Below, piece after piece: positions 30,905 through 40,447 of a stretch of 64,000 nt of DNA (positions within the stretch are counted from its first letter, which is position 1; every line of letters begins with the position of its first letter). The DNA is from an uncultured cyanobacterium (GTDB lineage: Bacteria; Cyanobacteriota; Cyanobacteriia; Pseudanabaenales; Pseudanabaenaceae), in the NCBI GenBank assembly GCA_963703315.1, contig OY969811.1, forward strand, positions 256,001 to 320,000, read 5' to 3'. A program made the translations under genes and the position numbers. Below the pieces are notes generated by a model. That model was given only the letters and a program-made list of their open reading frames with translations. It was not told where the DNA came from and made no database searches.

Positions 30905-31450
30905 GTGAGCCATCTAAAGATGGCATGGATATTTAGTTTGTCAGCAGAATGCGGTTCTGAAGATCAAAATGCAAACGAACTTGCTCAATGTTTTGATGGA
31001 CTAGTATTGACATTTGCCAATCATCAACAATGTAAATGCCGCGCCGAAACCTTTCAAGATATGGAAGAAAATTGGTGGTGTAGAGTTTTGCCGAGCAATA
31101 TTAGTGAAATTGGCATCGATAGCCCCGAAAGTGCATATTCCATGACAGAGCTAGGGATTTTAATGTATCAATCTCTAAAATTTGCTCCAACCTTTCGCTA
31201 TGCCCTAGTCGGCGTTGAAGTCGATGAATTCCGAACCTATAGCGAACTCATTGAAGACTTACCTAATTTAGCTATCTCTGGATTAGTCTTAGCGAAATCA
31301 ATCCCACAAGAGTTAGGGATATTGCCATCTTTTCAACCCTTTAGCCTTAATTACGTTTGGCAACCCTACGCAGGCGAAATCTATAATCCCTTAAGAACAT
31401 CCCCAGATCTAAAAAATAAGCTCAATGAACTTTTGGCAGTAGCTAAATGA
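30905..31450 (+). CDS. Hypothetical protein
   Basis: 181-aa ORF with protein-like composition; no function recognised. Confidence 0.65.
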   Translation: MSHLKMAWIFSLSAECGSEDQNANELAQCFDGLVLTFANHQQCKCRAETFQDMEENWWCRVLPSNISEIGIDSPESAYSMTELGILMYQSLKFAPTFRYALVGVEVDEFRTYSELIEDLPNLAISGLVLAKSIPQELGILPSFQPFSLNYVWQPYAGEIYNPLRTSPDLKNKLNELLAVAK

Positions 31451-31486
31451 ATCTATTTTGTGCGATCGCGATTTCATAGAGATCTT

Positions 31487-32215
31487 CTACTCTTCAGAAA
31501 TACCAAGCGATCGCAACTTTGCCAATAAAAATTCCACCTGTTTCTGTGCCGCATCAGCCCGTTGTCTTTCGATATTAGCCATTTGACGCTCTATCTCAGC
31601 CTGTTCCTCAGGGGTAACATAGCGATCGCCTTTTTGATCAAACCAGCTTAAAACTTCACGCCCGAAGCGATCGCTTGGCAAGACACAACGTCCAATCCCT
31701 AAGCCTATCTCTGGCATCCATAGAGGCTCACCAATCTGTAATTGGTAATCGTCATCAACTAATTTATAAACCTCAAAGGGCAAATGTCCATCGCGCCGCC
31801 AGAATTGAGGATTGTAAATTACATAATATTTGATACCTAATTTGCGATAAATCTCTAATTTCTTTTCATACTCATCACCATAGGTATGGGATACAACTTC
31901 TAAGGTCAAAATCGGTGAGATAAATTCTTCTTCCCACATCACATAGCTGCTACGTGATCCACCATTTTTGCGCCGTTCCACTCCCAAGCTCAAAAATCCA
32001 TCAGGAATTATAGGGACTCTAGGACTTACGCCAGTGGTGTGATAGATGCCCATATCGACACCAAAGTACCAATCATCACGACTTTTCCAAATATATTCCA
32101 GCAAGAACAATAGTAAATTCGGTACAAAATTCTGGTCTTCGTTATCCACAGGCGTATCATCGGAATCAGGTAATTCGTCGCTGGTGGGTAGATATTGGCG
32201 ATCTATTTGTAGCAT
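31487..32215 (-). CDS. Uma2 (DUF820) family protein
   Basis: LPTSDELPDSDDTPVDNEDQ, PDGFLSLGV, LEVVS, K...Y..LG..YYVIYNP. Confidence 0.9.
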   Translation of the reverse strand: MLQIDRQYLPTSDELPDSDDTPVDNEDQNFVPNLLLFLLEYIWKSRDDWYFGVDMGIYHTTGVSPRVPIIPDGFLSLGVERRKNGGSRSSYVMWEEEFISPILTLEVVSHTYGDEYEKKLEIYRKLGIKYYVIYNPQFWRRDGHLPFEVYKLVDDDYQLQIGEPLWMPEIGLGIGRCVLPSDRFGREVLSWFDQKGDRYVTPEEQAEIERQMANIERQRADAAQKQVEFLLAKLRSLGISEE

Positions 32216-32386
32216 CAGCTAATCCCAGAAGTATCTTAGCTATTCGGATTGTACTACATAGCAATGTAAGCTTTGCTGAGGACATCAAAGACGAGTGACG
32301 GTAAGAGTCCGCTGTCACTCATCTCTTGGGTTTGATAGGGTTGCTATACTATTATTTTGCGTTGTGAAAAGAGATTAAGTAAAAAC

Positions 32387-33520
32387 ATGGCAGCGATAGG
32401 CATCATGACCGCACAGGTGCGTCCCGAACGTGAGATCGGACAAATCCATGTTTATGACGGAACAGGCAAAGGCAAATCACAGGCAGCATTGGGCGTAGTA
32501 CTGCGATCGCTAGGACTAGGAATGTCCGACACATCGCCCTTTGGCACAAGAATTTTGTTATTGCGATTTCTTAAGGGGGCTGAGCGTGAATATGCCGAAG
32601 ATGCGGCGATTTCGGCTTTGCAACAGGGATTTCCCCATTTAATCGATCATGTACGCACTGGTCGCGCCGAATTTTTTGATGCTGAACACGTCACGCCTTT
32701 TGATCGCCAAGAAGCCGAACGTGGTTGGGCGATCGCTAAAGGTGCAATGGCTTCAGGACTTTACTCCGTAGTGGTCTTAGATGAAATTAATCCCGTTCTC
32801 GATTTAGGACTAATTCCTGTCGATCGCGTCGTCAAAGATTTAAAAAATAAACTACCGCATCTCGAAGTAATCTGTACAGGACGCGGCGCACCACAATCAC
32901 TAATTGATATTGCTGACCTGCACTCAGAAATGCGATCGCACGATGAGGCTCATGCCGAGAAATATGGTGTGACGGGGATCGAGATTTATACGGGGGCAGG
33001 TAAAGGGAAAAGCACTTCGGCTTTGGGGCGATCACTCAAGGCGATCGGTACAGGCATTAGCCGCGATTTATCGCACCGTGTGCTGATCATGCAATGGCTT
33101 AAGGGCGGTGCTGGCTATACTGAAGACGCAGCGATCGCTGCTCTTAAACGGGGCTATCCCCATGTGATCGATCATCAACGCTGTGGACGTGATGCGATCG
33201 TGTGGCGGGGTCAGCAACAGGAAATGGACTGTATCGAAGCTCAACGTGGTTGGGAAATTGCTCAAGCTGCGATCGCCTCAGGACTCTACAAAACGATCAT
33301 CCTTGACGAACTCAATCCCACTGTTGATCTGGATTTATTACCTGTCGAGCCAATCTGCCAAGCCTTACTCAAAAAATCTCGTGATACGGAAATAATCATC
33401 ACAGGACGCTGCCTCAATCAGCCCGCCTATTTTGATCTTGCTTCCATTCATTCCGAGATGGTCTGCCACAAACACTATGCCGAAAAGGGCGTAGACCTCA
33501 AACGCGGGGTAGATTTTTAG
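32387..33520 (+). CDS. cobO: Cob(I)yrinic acid a,c-diamide adenosyltransferase, tandem-domain form
   Basis: Two copies of Y.G.GKGKS / LDE.NP / TGR; ends KRGVDF. Confidence 0.9.
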   Translation: MAAIGIMTAQVRPEREIGQIHVYDGTGKGKSQAALGVVLRSLGLGMSDTSPFGTRILLLRFLKGAEREYAEDAAISALQQGFPHLIDHVRTGRAEFFDAEHVTPFDRQEAERGWAIAKGAMASGLYSVVVLDEINPVLDLGLIPVDRVVKDLKNKLPHLEVICTGRGAPQSLIDIADLHSEMRSHDEAHAEKYGVTGIEIYTGAGKGKSTSALGRSLKAIGTGISRDLSHRVLIMQWLKGGAGYTEDAAIAALKRGYPHVIDHQRCGRDAIVWRGQQQEMDCIEAQRGWEIAQAAIASGLYKTIILDELNPTVDLDLLPVEPICQALLKKSRDTEIIITGRCLNQPAYFDLASIHSEMVCHKHYAEKGVDLKRGVDF

Positions 33521-33549
33521 GAAGTAGAGAGAGCAACTAGATGCTCTTT

Positions 33550-35763
33550 CTACTCTTCTTTAGAACCTTCAATTGCCGTCAATGTTGGCTCAGACTCTTC
33601 TTCAGTTTCTGTGGGCGTGAGGTAGTACTGATCGTAGTATCCATAATGATATTCACTATCAGAGGAGCCAATCATATTAATCAATAACCCAGAAATATGC
33701 GCCCTTCCTGTCGATAAAACTTCTAATGCCCGCAAAATTCCACTTCTAGTAGAACGATTAATCGCTGCCACTAAGATAAATGTATCTACTTTAGAAGTTA
33801 AACATTGAGCATCGGTAATTCCAATTAGAGGCGGAGTATCCACTAGTACATAGTCGTACTCTTGTCTCCATTCTTGCAAGAGGGCTGTCATTTTGTTTGA
33901 CTCTAACAACAGCATTGGATTTGGAGGAAGAGAACCTGATGTTAAAATGTGCAGATTACCCTTTTCATCCGCAACTTGCACTATATCTTGCCAAGGATTG
34001 GGTGTTGCCAAAGCTGTAGACAAGCCAACTTTATTACTCAGTTTCGCCAACTTATGAATCGATGGCTTTCGCATATCCGCATCCACTAATAGAACTTTGT
34101 ATCCTAAAGCAGATAGAATGATTGCTAAATTATAGGTCAAGGTACTCTTACCTTCAGAAGGTACAGACGAAGTGAAGGCAATCACTTTCATCATGTTATC
34201 TGTACCCAAATAGCGTAGGTTTAAGGCTAGAGAACTAAGAGATTCTTTAAAAGCATAGTAGCTACTGGTAGGTAATATCCCTTGGCTAATTATTGATGTC
34301 AAAGAGGCAACTTCTGTGAAAGGCACTGAAGCGAGTAAGGGAACATCGATAATCTCTCTGACTTCCTCTACTTCACGAATCCGTTGATCCAAGCGATTGA
34401 GAATTAAGGCAAATAAAACGCCTAGACTGATCCCCGCGATCGCCCCAGTAATTAAGCCTCTTTCAATATCTGGAGAAGAAGGTCTGATCGGAATTAGAGG
34501 CGGCTCCAAAACTTTCCATGAGGAAATTTCCTGAGCTTCAGAAATTCTGAGTTCTTCTAATTTTTCAGTGAGCTTATTGTAAGTACTGGTATCAAGAGCC
34601 AGTTGCCTCTGAATTTCCACATACTTTTGCTGAATCTGCGGGATTTTAGAAAATGCGACAGAGACTTGAGACTGCGCGTTCCTAATACTTGCTAGTTGGG
34701 CTTGACTGACAGCAAGGTTTGTTTGAGCATCAAATAACTGAGACGCAAGATTTTGTTGAATCGCGCTATTCGGCTCATTGGTGATGTTTGCAGGACTCTT
34801 TTTAATGCCAACTACAGACTGAGCGCGAGTCTCTAGGAGCTTGTAGAGTTCATCACGACGGTCTTTTAGGGCAATTACGCTAGGATGATCGGCACGAAAT
34901 CTAGTACGTTCTAGAAAGTAATTAGTTTCCACGTCTTGGAACTGTTTGACTAGGGATTGATAGGGGGCATCCTGTTGCAAGATTGCACCACCGATCGCTG
35001 CCTCTGGAGATTTACCAACTTGACGGCGCAACACCTCATATTGCTGTTGAATTTGAGCGATTTTAATTTGTAAATCCTGCGCCTGATTTTCTAGAGATTC
35101 GCGCATTTTGTAAACAGATGCTGCGTAGGTATCAGGATCAACGATGTTATAGTTCTTGCGGAATTGGGTAACCGCTAGAGCCGACTTATCAAGTTGCTTC
35201 TTAACTTGAGGTAATTTCTCTTGAATAAATTTAATCGCGGTACTGGACTTAGTACGGCGATCGCCCAAACTATACTCGACATAGGTTTGAGATAACGCAT
35301 TTAAAACTTCGCGAGCGCGTTTAGGATCGCTATCGGTATAAGTAAGCCGCAAAATCAACGCATCTTTTTCAGGGCGGATATCTAACCCTCCCATAATTGT
35401 GCCAGCGTCGATATCCTTATAAGCGCTATTTGACTGCCGCATCTTAGAGACAGCGATTTCAATTAATGGACGGCTCCTCAAGATAGCGATTTCTGTACCG
35501 AGATTAATCAGTGAGGTATTAGGCAACCCAGGGACTTGAATATCAGATACGGCGATCGTTGAGTTGATTAGAAGAGAAGCATTAGAGCGATATTGAGGCG
35601 TTCTGGTAAATGTATAGTAAGCATTTCCCGCAAACACTGTGACGGAAACGGCGACAACAACTAGCCAACGCTTGCGTAATACTCGTAAAAACTTGCCAAG
35701 CTTAAACGAATCATCGACATACTTGCTTACATAATTAGATTTAGGATATTCGTTCATCTTCAA
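33550..35763 (-). CDS. wzc: Wzc/GumC polysaccharide co-polymerase and BY-kinase
   Basis: Two TM segments flanking a coiled coil, SVPSEGKST, VDADMRKP, DTPP, Tyr cluster YHYGYYDQYY. Confidence 0.9.
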   Translation of the reverse strand: MKMNEYPKSNYVSKYVDDSFKLGKFLRVLRKRWLVVVAVSVTVFAGNAYYTFTRTPQYRSNASLLINSTIAVSDIQVPGLPNTSLINLGTEIAILRSRPLIEIAVSKMRQSNSAYKDIDAGTIMGGLDIRPEKDALILRLTYTDSDPKRAREVLNALSQTYVEYSLGDRRTKSSTAIKFIQEKLPQVKKQLDKSALAVTQFRKNYNIVDPDTYAASVYKMRESLENQAQDLQIKIAQIQQQYEVLRRQVGKSPEAAIGGAILQQDAPYQSLVKQFQDVETNYFLERTRFRADHPSVIALKDRRDELYKLLETRAQSVVGIKKSPANITNEPNSAIQQNLASQLFDAQTNLAVSQAQLASIRNAQSQVSVAFSKIPQIQQKYVEIQRQLALDTSTYNKLTEKLEELRISEAQEISSWKVLEPPLIPIRPSSPDIERGLITGAIAGISLGVLFALILNRLDQRIREVEEVREIIDVPLLASVPFTEVASLTSIISQGILPTSSYYAFKESLSSLALNLRYLGTDNMMKVIAFTSSVPSEGKSTLTYNLAIILSALGYKVLLVDADMRKPSIHKLAKLSNKVGLSTALATPNPWQDIVQVADEKGNLHILTSGSLPPNPMLLLESNKMTALLQEWRQEYDYVLVDTPPLIGITDAQCLTSKVDTFILVAAINRSTRSGILRALEVLSTGRAHISGLLINMIGSSDSEYHYGYYDQYYLTPTETEEESEPTLTAIEGSKEE

Positions 35764-35948
35764 ATTTCACCCAAGTAGCCTTAGTTGTCAAAAGCTATAG
35801 CTATAAATTGCCTACATATCAAAATCAAAACAATAAAGTCAAAGCAATATAGTAATGACAGAATTGATTACTTATAGATTTTCAGAATTCCTATTTATAA
35901 TAATTAACAAAGCAGATTGTATATCAAACCTATAGAAATTTAGACTGA

Positions 35949-36482
35949 ATGCCCACAACAATTCCTACAATATACTCCACACTGTTCTTAACAATCCTGT
36001 TATTTGTGGGTCTAGTTTCCTTTTTACGTGGCTCAATTCGCGATCGTACTACTGATGCAATATTTGCCGTAGATCAAGTTAAAGAAGATTACCCAGACGA
36101 TCGCCTGTTGATGCAGGTGCGCGATCATTTTCGGCAAAGAGCTTATAAGGTAGTGGAGATTGATCCCGAACGCGAAATTGCAACTTTAGTAGGGCAAGTC
36201 CAGCCAAGTCTTTTTTTAGCAATATTTCTCACCAGCTTAGCCGCAGTTGGTCTGATTTGCTTAGGGCTAGTGTTAGGTATTTTAATTCCTGATTTAGAAA
36301 ATCTGTGGTTATGGCTGTTGGTGGCATCGCCGATCGCTGGCATATTTTATTGGCGAGGCACTCCCCGCGAACGCCAAGTTAGCTTGCAACTTTTACCTGA
36401 TGCAAAACTCAAAATCCGCGCCCACAAAGATGAAATTGCCGAGTTAGAGCGATCGCTAAATCTCGAAAAAATTGAAGCTTAG
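35949..36482 (+). CDS. Cofactor assembly of complex C subunit B (CCB1-like)
   Basis: STLFLT.L..VGL..FLR.S..DRT, AGIFYW, AHKDEI..L. Confidence 0.8.
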   Translation: MPTTIPTIYSTLFLTILLFVGLVSFLRGSIRDRTTDAIFAVDQVKEDYPDDRLLMQVRDHFRQRAYKVVEIDPEREIATLVGQVQPSLFLAIFLTSLAAVGLICLGLVLGILIPDLENLWLWLLVASPIAGIFYWRGTPRERQVSLQLLPDAKLKIRAHKDEIAELERSLNLEKIEA

Positions 36483-36610
36483 AACTCAAATCCAAGAAGT
36501 GAATGGCGGCGCTTCATGCCGCCATTCACTTCTTGGATATATAAAAAAAATGCCGCTATTTTTTTATAATGGATTAAGAAGATTTTGCAAAAATTTAACC
36601 TTGGTACTTC

Positions 36611-38029
36611 ATGACTACTGTTTTACCCAGTCTTAGACAAGAGACTGTCTCCGCGAACTTATCCAAAAATAATCCTTCCAGTTTAGACAAGCTATCTCCC
36701 AATCAACAGCTTCTGCCTTTAACTGCTCTGGTTAACTCTAATGACCATCTAGAAATTGGTGGTTGTGATGTGGTGGACTTAGTGAAGCAATATGGCTCCC
36801 CACTGTATATTTTGGATGAAGTGAGCCTCAGAACTGCTTGCCAACAATATCGTGATGCGTTGGGAAAACATTATCAAGGCGCTTCACAGGTTTTATATGC
36901 GTCCAAAGCTTGGAGTTGTCTAGCAGTTTGTGCGATCGTTGGCTCTGAAGGACTAGGCATCGACGTAGTTTCCGCAGGTGAAATTTTGACCGCACTACGG
37001 GCTGATGTTTCACCAAGTTTGATTTATTTTCATGGCAATAATAAATCTGTCGATGAACTAAGCTATGCCCTAGAGTCGGGGATCACCATTGTGGTCGATA
37101 ACTGGCATGAGCTAAAAACCTTAGATCATCTTGCCAAAGAGCAATCCTCGGAGGCAAGTTTCATCGCACCACGCATCATGTTGCGCCTGACTCCTGGAAT
37201 TGAATGTCATACCCACGAATATATTCAAACAGGACATATTGACAGTAAGTTTGGCTTTGATCCCAATGAAATCGAAGCCGTATTTGCCTTTGTCGCAGAG
37301 TCTAGCCTCAACTGTGTTGGCATCCATGCTCATATCGGTTCGCAGATTTTTGAATTGCAACCGCACCAAGATATTGGTGGAGTGATGGTGCAGTGGTTTA
37401 AGCTGGCTGGTGAAAAATATAGCTTAAAGTTCTCAGAACTAAATATTGGCGGCGGCTTAGGGATTCGCTATGTCGAGTCGGATGATCCCCCTAGTATTGA
37501 AGAATGGATCAAAGCTGTCAGTGCAGGTGTGACTGATGCCTTTACTAGTGCAGGATTAGCATTGCCCAAATTACTCTGTGAACCAGGGCGATCGCTAGTG
37601 GGTGCAACCTGTGTCACTGCTTATACTATCGGTGGTAGTAAGACTGTGCCTGACATTCGTACCTATGTCACTATTGACGGTGGAATGTCCGACAACCCCC
37701 GCCCCATTACCTATCAATCAAAATATCGGGCGGTAGTCGCCAATCGGATGAGTGCCTCCTTGTCGCAAACTGTGACGATCGCGGGTAAACATTGTGAGTC
37801 AGGTGATATTTTAATTAAAGATATTCAATTGCCTGAGACTAGTGTGGGCGATATTTTGGTCGTATTTGGTACGGGTGCATACAACTACAGCATGGCATCG
37901 AATTACAATCGTTTGCCTAAGCCTGCGGCAGTTGTAGTTGAAGGTGGTGACTCTAGTTTGATGATCAAACGTGAAACTCGTGAGGATCTATTACGTCAAG
38001 ATTGTTTACCAGAGAGACTACGGAAGTAA
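36611..38029 (+). CDS. lysA: Diaminopimelate decarboxylase
   Basis: YASKA, HAHIGSQ, GGGLG, EPGRS, HCESGD, GAY.YSMASNYN. Confidence 0.96.
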   Translation: MTTVLPSLRQETVSANLSKNNPSSLDKLSPNQQLLPLTALVNSNDHLEIGGCDVVDLVKQYGSPLYILDEVSLRTACQQYRDALGKHYQGASQVLYASKAWSCLAVCAIVGSEGLGIDVVSAGEILTALRADVSPSLIYFHGNNKSVDELSYALESGITIVVDNWHELKTLDHLAKEQSSEASFIAPRIMLRLTPGIECHTHEYIQTGHIDSKFGFDPNEIEAVFAFVAESSLNCVGIHAHIGSQIFELQPHQDIGGVMVQWFKLAGEKYSLKFSELNIGGGLGIRYVESDDPPSIEEWIKAVSAGVTDAFTSAGLALPKLLCEPGRSLVGATCVTAYTIGGSKTVPDIRTYVTIDGGMSDNPRPITYQSKYRAVVANRMSASLSQTVTIAGKHCESGDILIKDIQLPETSVGDILVVFGTGAYNYSMASNYNRLPKPAAVVVEGGDSSLMIKRETREDLLRQDCLPERLRK

Positions 38030-38050
38030 GGTAGATGTTTTCAGTTGTGA

Positions 38051-38956
38051 ATGAGAGGGCGATGGATGCAGTGGTTTACCGATATCAACTCAATTGCATT
38101 CATCATGAGGGCGATCGATATCCTTGCATTACTAGGATTGATTTACCTCATGCTGTCCCTCAGCAACGATCGCCGCACTTTATTGATGGTGCGTGGAGTC
38201 ATCTTTTTATTAATTGCTAGTGTATTGAGCGATCGCCTTGGTTTGCGGTTGCTCAGTTTTGTTCTCGATAAATTACTAATTGGTTCCGCCGTAGCGATGG
38301 CAGTAATTTTACAGCCAGAACTGCGGCGATTTCTAGAACGACTTGGACGCGGTGATTTGATTTCTTTATTTCAACCGACTACTAATCGGCGGACAATTGT
38401 TGAAACTGATTCTGTACTCGAAGAAATTATCGAAGCTGTCATCGAGCTATCTCAAAATCGAACGGGTGCACTGATGATCATTGAGACTGGTGAACCGATT
38501 GACGAGCGCGATTTTTCTGTCCCAGGAGTCAAATTAAATGCCCTATTATCTAAAGAACTCCTACATACAATTTTTCAGACTTCGACCCTTCTGCATGATG
38601 GAGCCGTACTTATTCGTGAAGATCGAATTTTGGCTGCGGGTGTGATTTTACCGATTTCGGAACGGGCTGCTTCGCGGGAAATCGGCACAAGACACCGCGC
38701 TGCGATGGGCATTACGGATCGGGTGCGAAATTGCTTTTGTGTAGTAGTTTCTGAAGAAACAGGTTCGATCGCGATCGCGGAAAATGGCATATTAGATCGT
38801 CCGATCTCTAGTAGTCGTCTACGAGAAATATTAGAAACTAAACTAGGTAATTATCGTCCAGTGACTCTAGGTAGAACAGTTCCAGAATTTAACTGGCTCT
38901 GGTCAAAATTGAATTTTAAAAACATGGTAAGTCGAAAATCGTCCGAAAAGAAATGA
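38051..38956 (+). CDS. cdaA: Diadenylate cyclase
   Basis: Three N-terminal TM segments, QPELRR.LE, LHDGA, GTRHRAA, VSEETG. Confidence 0.94.
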   Translation: MRGRWMQWFTDINSIAFIMRAIDILALLGLIYLMLSLSNDRRTLLMVRGVIFLLIASVLSDRLGLRLLSFVLDKLLIGSAVAMAVILQPELRRFLERLGRGDLISLFQPTTNRRTIVETDSVLEEIIEAVIELSQNRTGALMIIETGEPIDERDFSVPGVKLNALLSKELLHTIFQTSTLLHDGAVLIREDRILAAGVILPISERAASREIGTRHRAAMGITDRVRNCFCVVVSEETGSIAIAENGILDRPISSSRLREILETKLGNYRPVTLGRTVPEFNWLWSKLNFKNMVSRKSSEKK

Positions 38957-39696
38957 CTGCGAAGCTATTGCAAACTTTACCCCCAGATCTAGACCGCCAA
39001 CGCTTGCCTAAGCACGTCGCCGTAATTATGGACGGTAATGGACGTTGGGCAAAGCAAAAGGGGATGCCAAGAATTGCTGGTCATCGACAGGGCGTAGATG
39101 CCCTGAAGGATTTGTTACGCTGCTGCAAAGATTGGGGAATTGCCGCACTGACAGTGTATGCTTTTTCGACAGAAAATTGGAGTCGCCCCGCCCAAGAAGT
39201 TGACTTCTTGATGGTTTTATTTGAGCGGATGTTGCGCCGTGAATTGGAAGAAATGTGTCAAGAAGGTGTACGCATCTCTTTTGTCGGCGATCTGGATTCT
39301 CTCTCTAATTCTTTACGCAATGAGATTGAGCGATCGCAAACTGCGACAGCTAATAATCAAGCGATTCATTTCACAGTGGCGATCAATTATGGTAGTCGCC
39401 GCGAAATTGTGCGGGTCTGTCGTCAAATTGCCGAAGCAACTTTAGCAGGTGAAGTTAAACCTGAAAATATTGATGAAAATCTGTTTGAGCAGCATCTTTA
39501 TACCGCAGGTAACCATAATCCAGATTTATTAATTCGTACCAGTGGTGAAATGCGATTGAGTAATTTTCTGCTCTGGCAAATGGCATATACGGAGATGTAT
39601 TTCACCAATACGTTGTGGCCTGACTTTAACCGCAATGAGTTTCATCGAGCGCTGATTGATTATCAAGAGCGCGATCGCCGCTTTGGTAAAGTCTAA
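38953..39696 (+). CDS. uppS: Undecaprenyl diphosphate synthase
   Basis: [34 protein letters not shown]. Confidence 0.96.
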   Translation: MTAKLLQTLPPDLDRQRLPKHVAVIMDGNGRWAKQKGMPRIAGHRQGVDALKDLLRCCKDWGIAALTVYAFSTENWSRPAQEVDFLMVLFERMLRRELEEMCQEGVRISFVGDLDSLSNSLRNEIERSQTATANNQAIHFTVAINYGSRREIVRVCRQIAEATLAGEVKPENIDENLFEQHLYTAGNHNPDLLIRTSGEMRLSNFLLWQMAYTEMYFTNTLWPDFNRNEFHRALIDYQERDRRFGKV

Positions 39697-39727
39697 AGAT
39701 AAAATCTCACGTAGTGAGATTTTATCT

Positions 39728-40285
39728 TTAAAGCCAATGTTTGGGATAAGTGCGCTCTTCGGCGAGGTTATTAAAAATTACGGCACACAATACCAAAATT
39801 ACGGAACCTTCTAAGGTTGGGGTCACTAAAAACTGCCAGTCTGGTTTAGTCATCATCACTACCAAAGCTACTGCTCCTGATGGTGGATGTAAGGTATGTG
39901 TAAACTGCATGGTTGCGATCGCGGTAGCAACTGCTAATCCCATTGTCCAAGGGGAAGACCCAAATAGATGCAGAATTGTTAATGAGATCAACGCTGACAA
40001 AAGGTTCCCCCCAATGACATTGCGAGGTTGGGCTAAGGGACTTTCGGGAACACCAAAAATCAGGACACTAGTTGCTCCAAAGGGAGCCATGATCAAGGGT
40101 GAATTGGTAATTGTGGAAAGATAGGCAGTTGAGGCGATCGCAAGGCAACTACCAAACCAACTCCAAAAAATATGTTTATGATGTGGTCTTGCGATCGGAC
40201 AAGTTAGGGGGCAAGACTGCCATCTGCCAAAAAGTTTAAACCAGTAATTTTGCCATTTTGATCGTGCTTTTTGGAAATTCAACAT
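39728..40285 (-). CDS. HPP-family membrane protein (possible nitrite transporter)
   Basis: APFGATSVL.F..P.SPLAQPRN, LHPPSGA, YPKHW. Confidence 0.88.
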   Translation of the reverse strand: MLNFQKARSKWQNYWFKLFGRWQSCPLTCPIARPHHKHIFWSWFGSCLAIASTAYLSTITNSPLIMAPFGATSVLIFGVPESPLAQPRNVIGGNLLSALISLTILHLFGSSPWTMGLAVATAIATMQFTHTLHPPSGAVALVVMMTKPDWQFLVTPTLEGSVILVLCAVIFNNLAEERTYPKHWL

Positions 40286-40359
40286 GAATAAAAAATAAGA
40301 GGTAAAATGTCAAGAAACTATGACATTTTACCTCTAGAAACAAGAGTTTGGTTTATAAA

Positions 40360-40375
40360 TGTAGCTAAATTTACA
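40360..40375. promoter_or_regulatory. Putative NtcA-binding site upstream of the HPP gene
   Basis: tGTA-gctaaatt-TACa matches GTA-N8-TAC. Confidence 0.55.
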
Positions 40376-40447
40376 GATATTATAGCCTTTATCGTTATTA
40401 AACAACCAATGGCGCAAAGCGCCATTGGTTGTTTAATAACGATACGT

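Noticed and set aside
24694..32215. Three Uma2 genes as a dedicated system
   Set aside because: Uma2 paralogues are highly expanded and scattered in cyanobacteria; these three are divergent and not one operon
32387..33520. Internal duplication in cobO
   Set aside because: The tandem-domain form is usual in cyanobacteria
36611..39696. cdaA as part of a nucleotide-signalling defence system
   Set aside because: lysA-cdaA-uppS is a conserved housekeeping arrangement with no effector nearby
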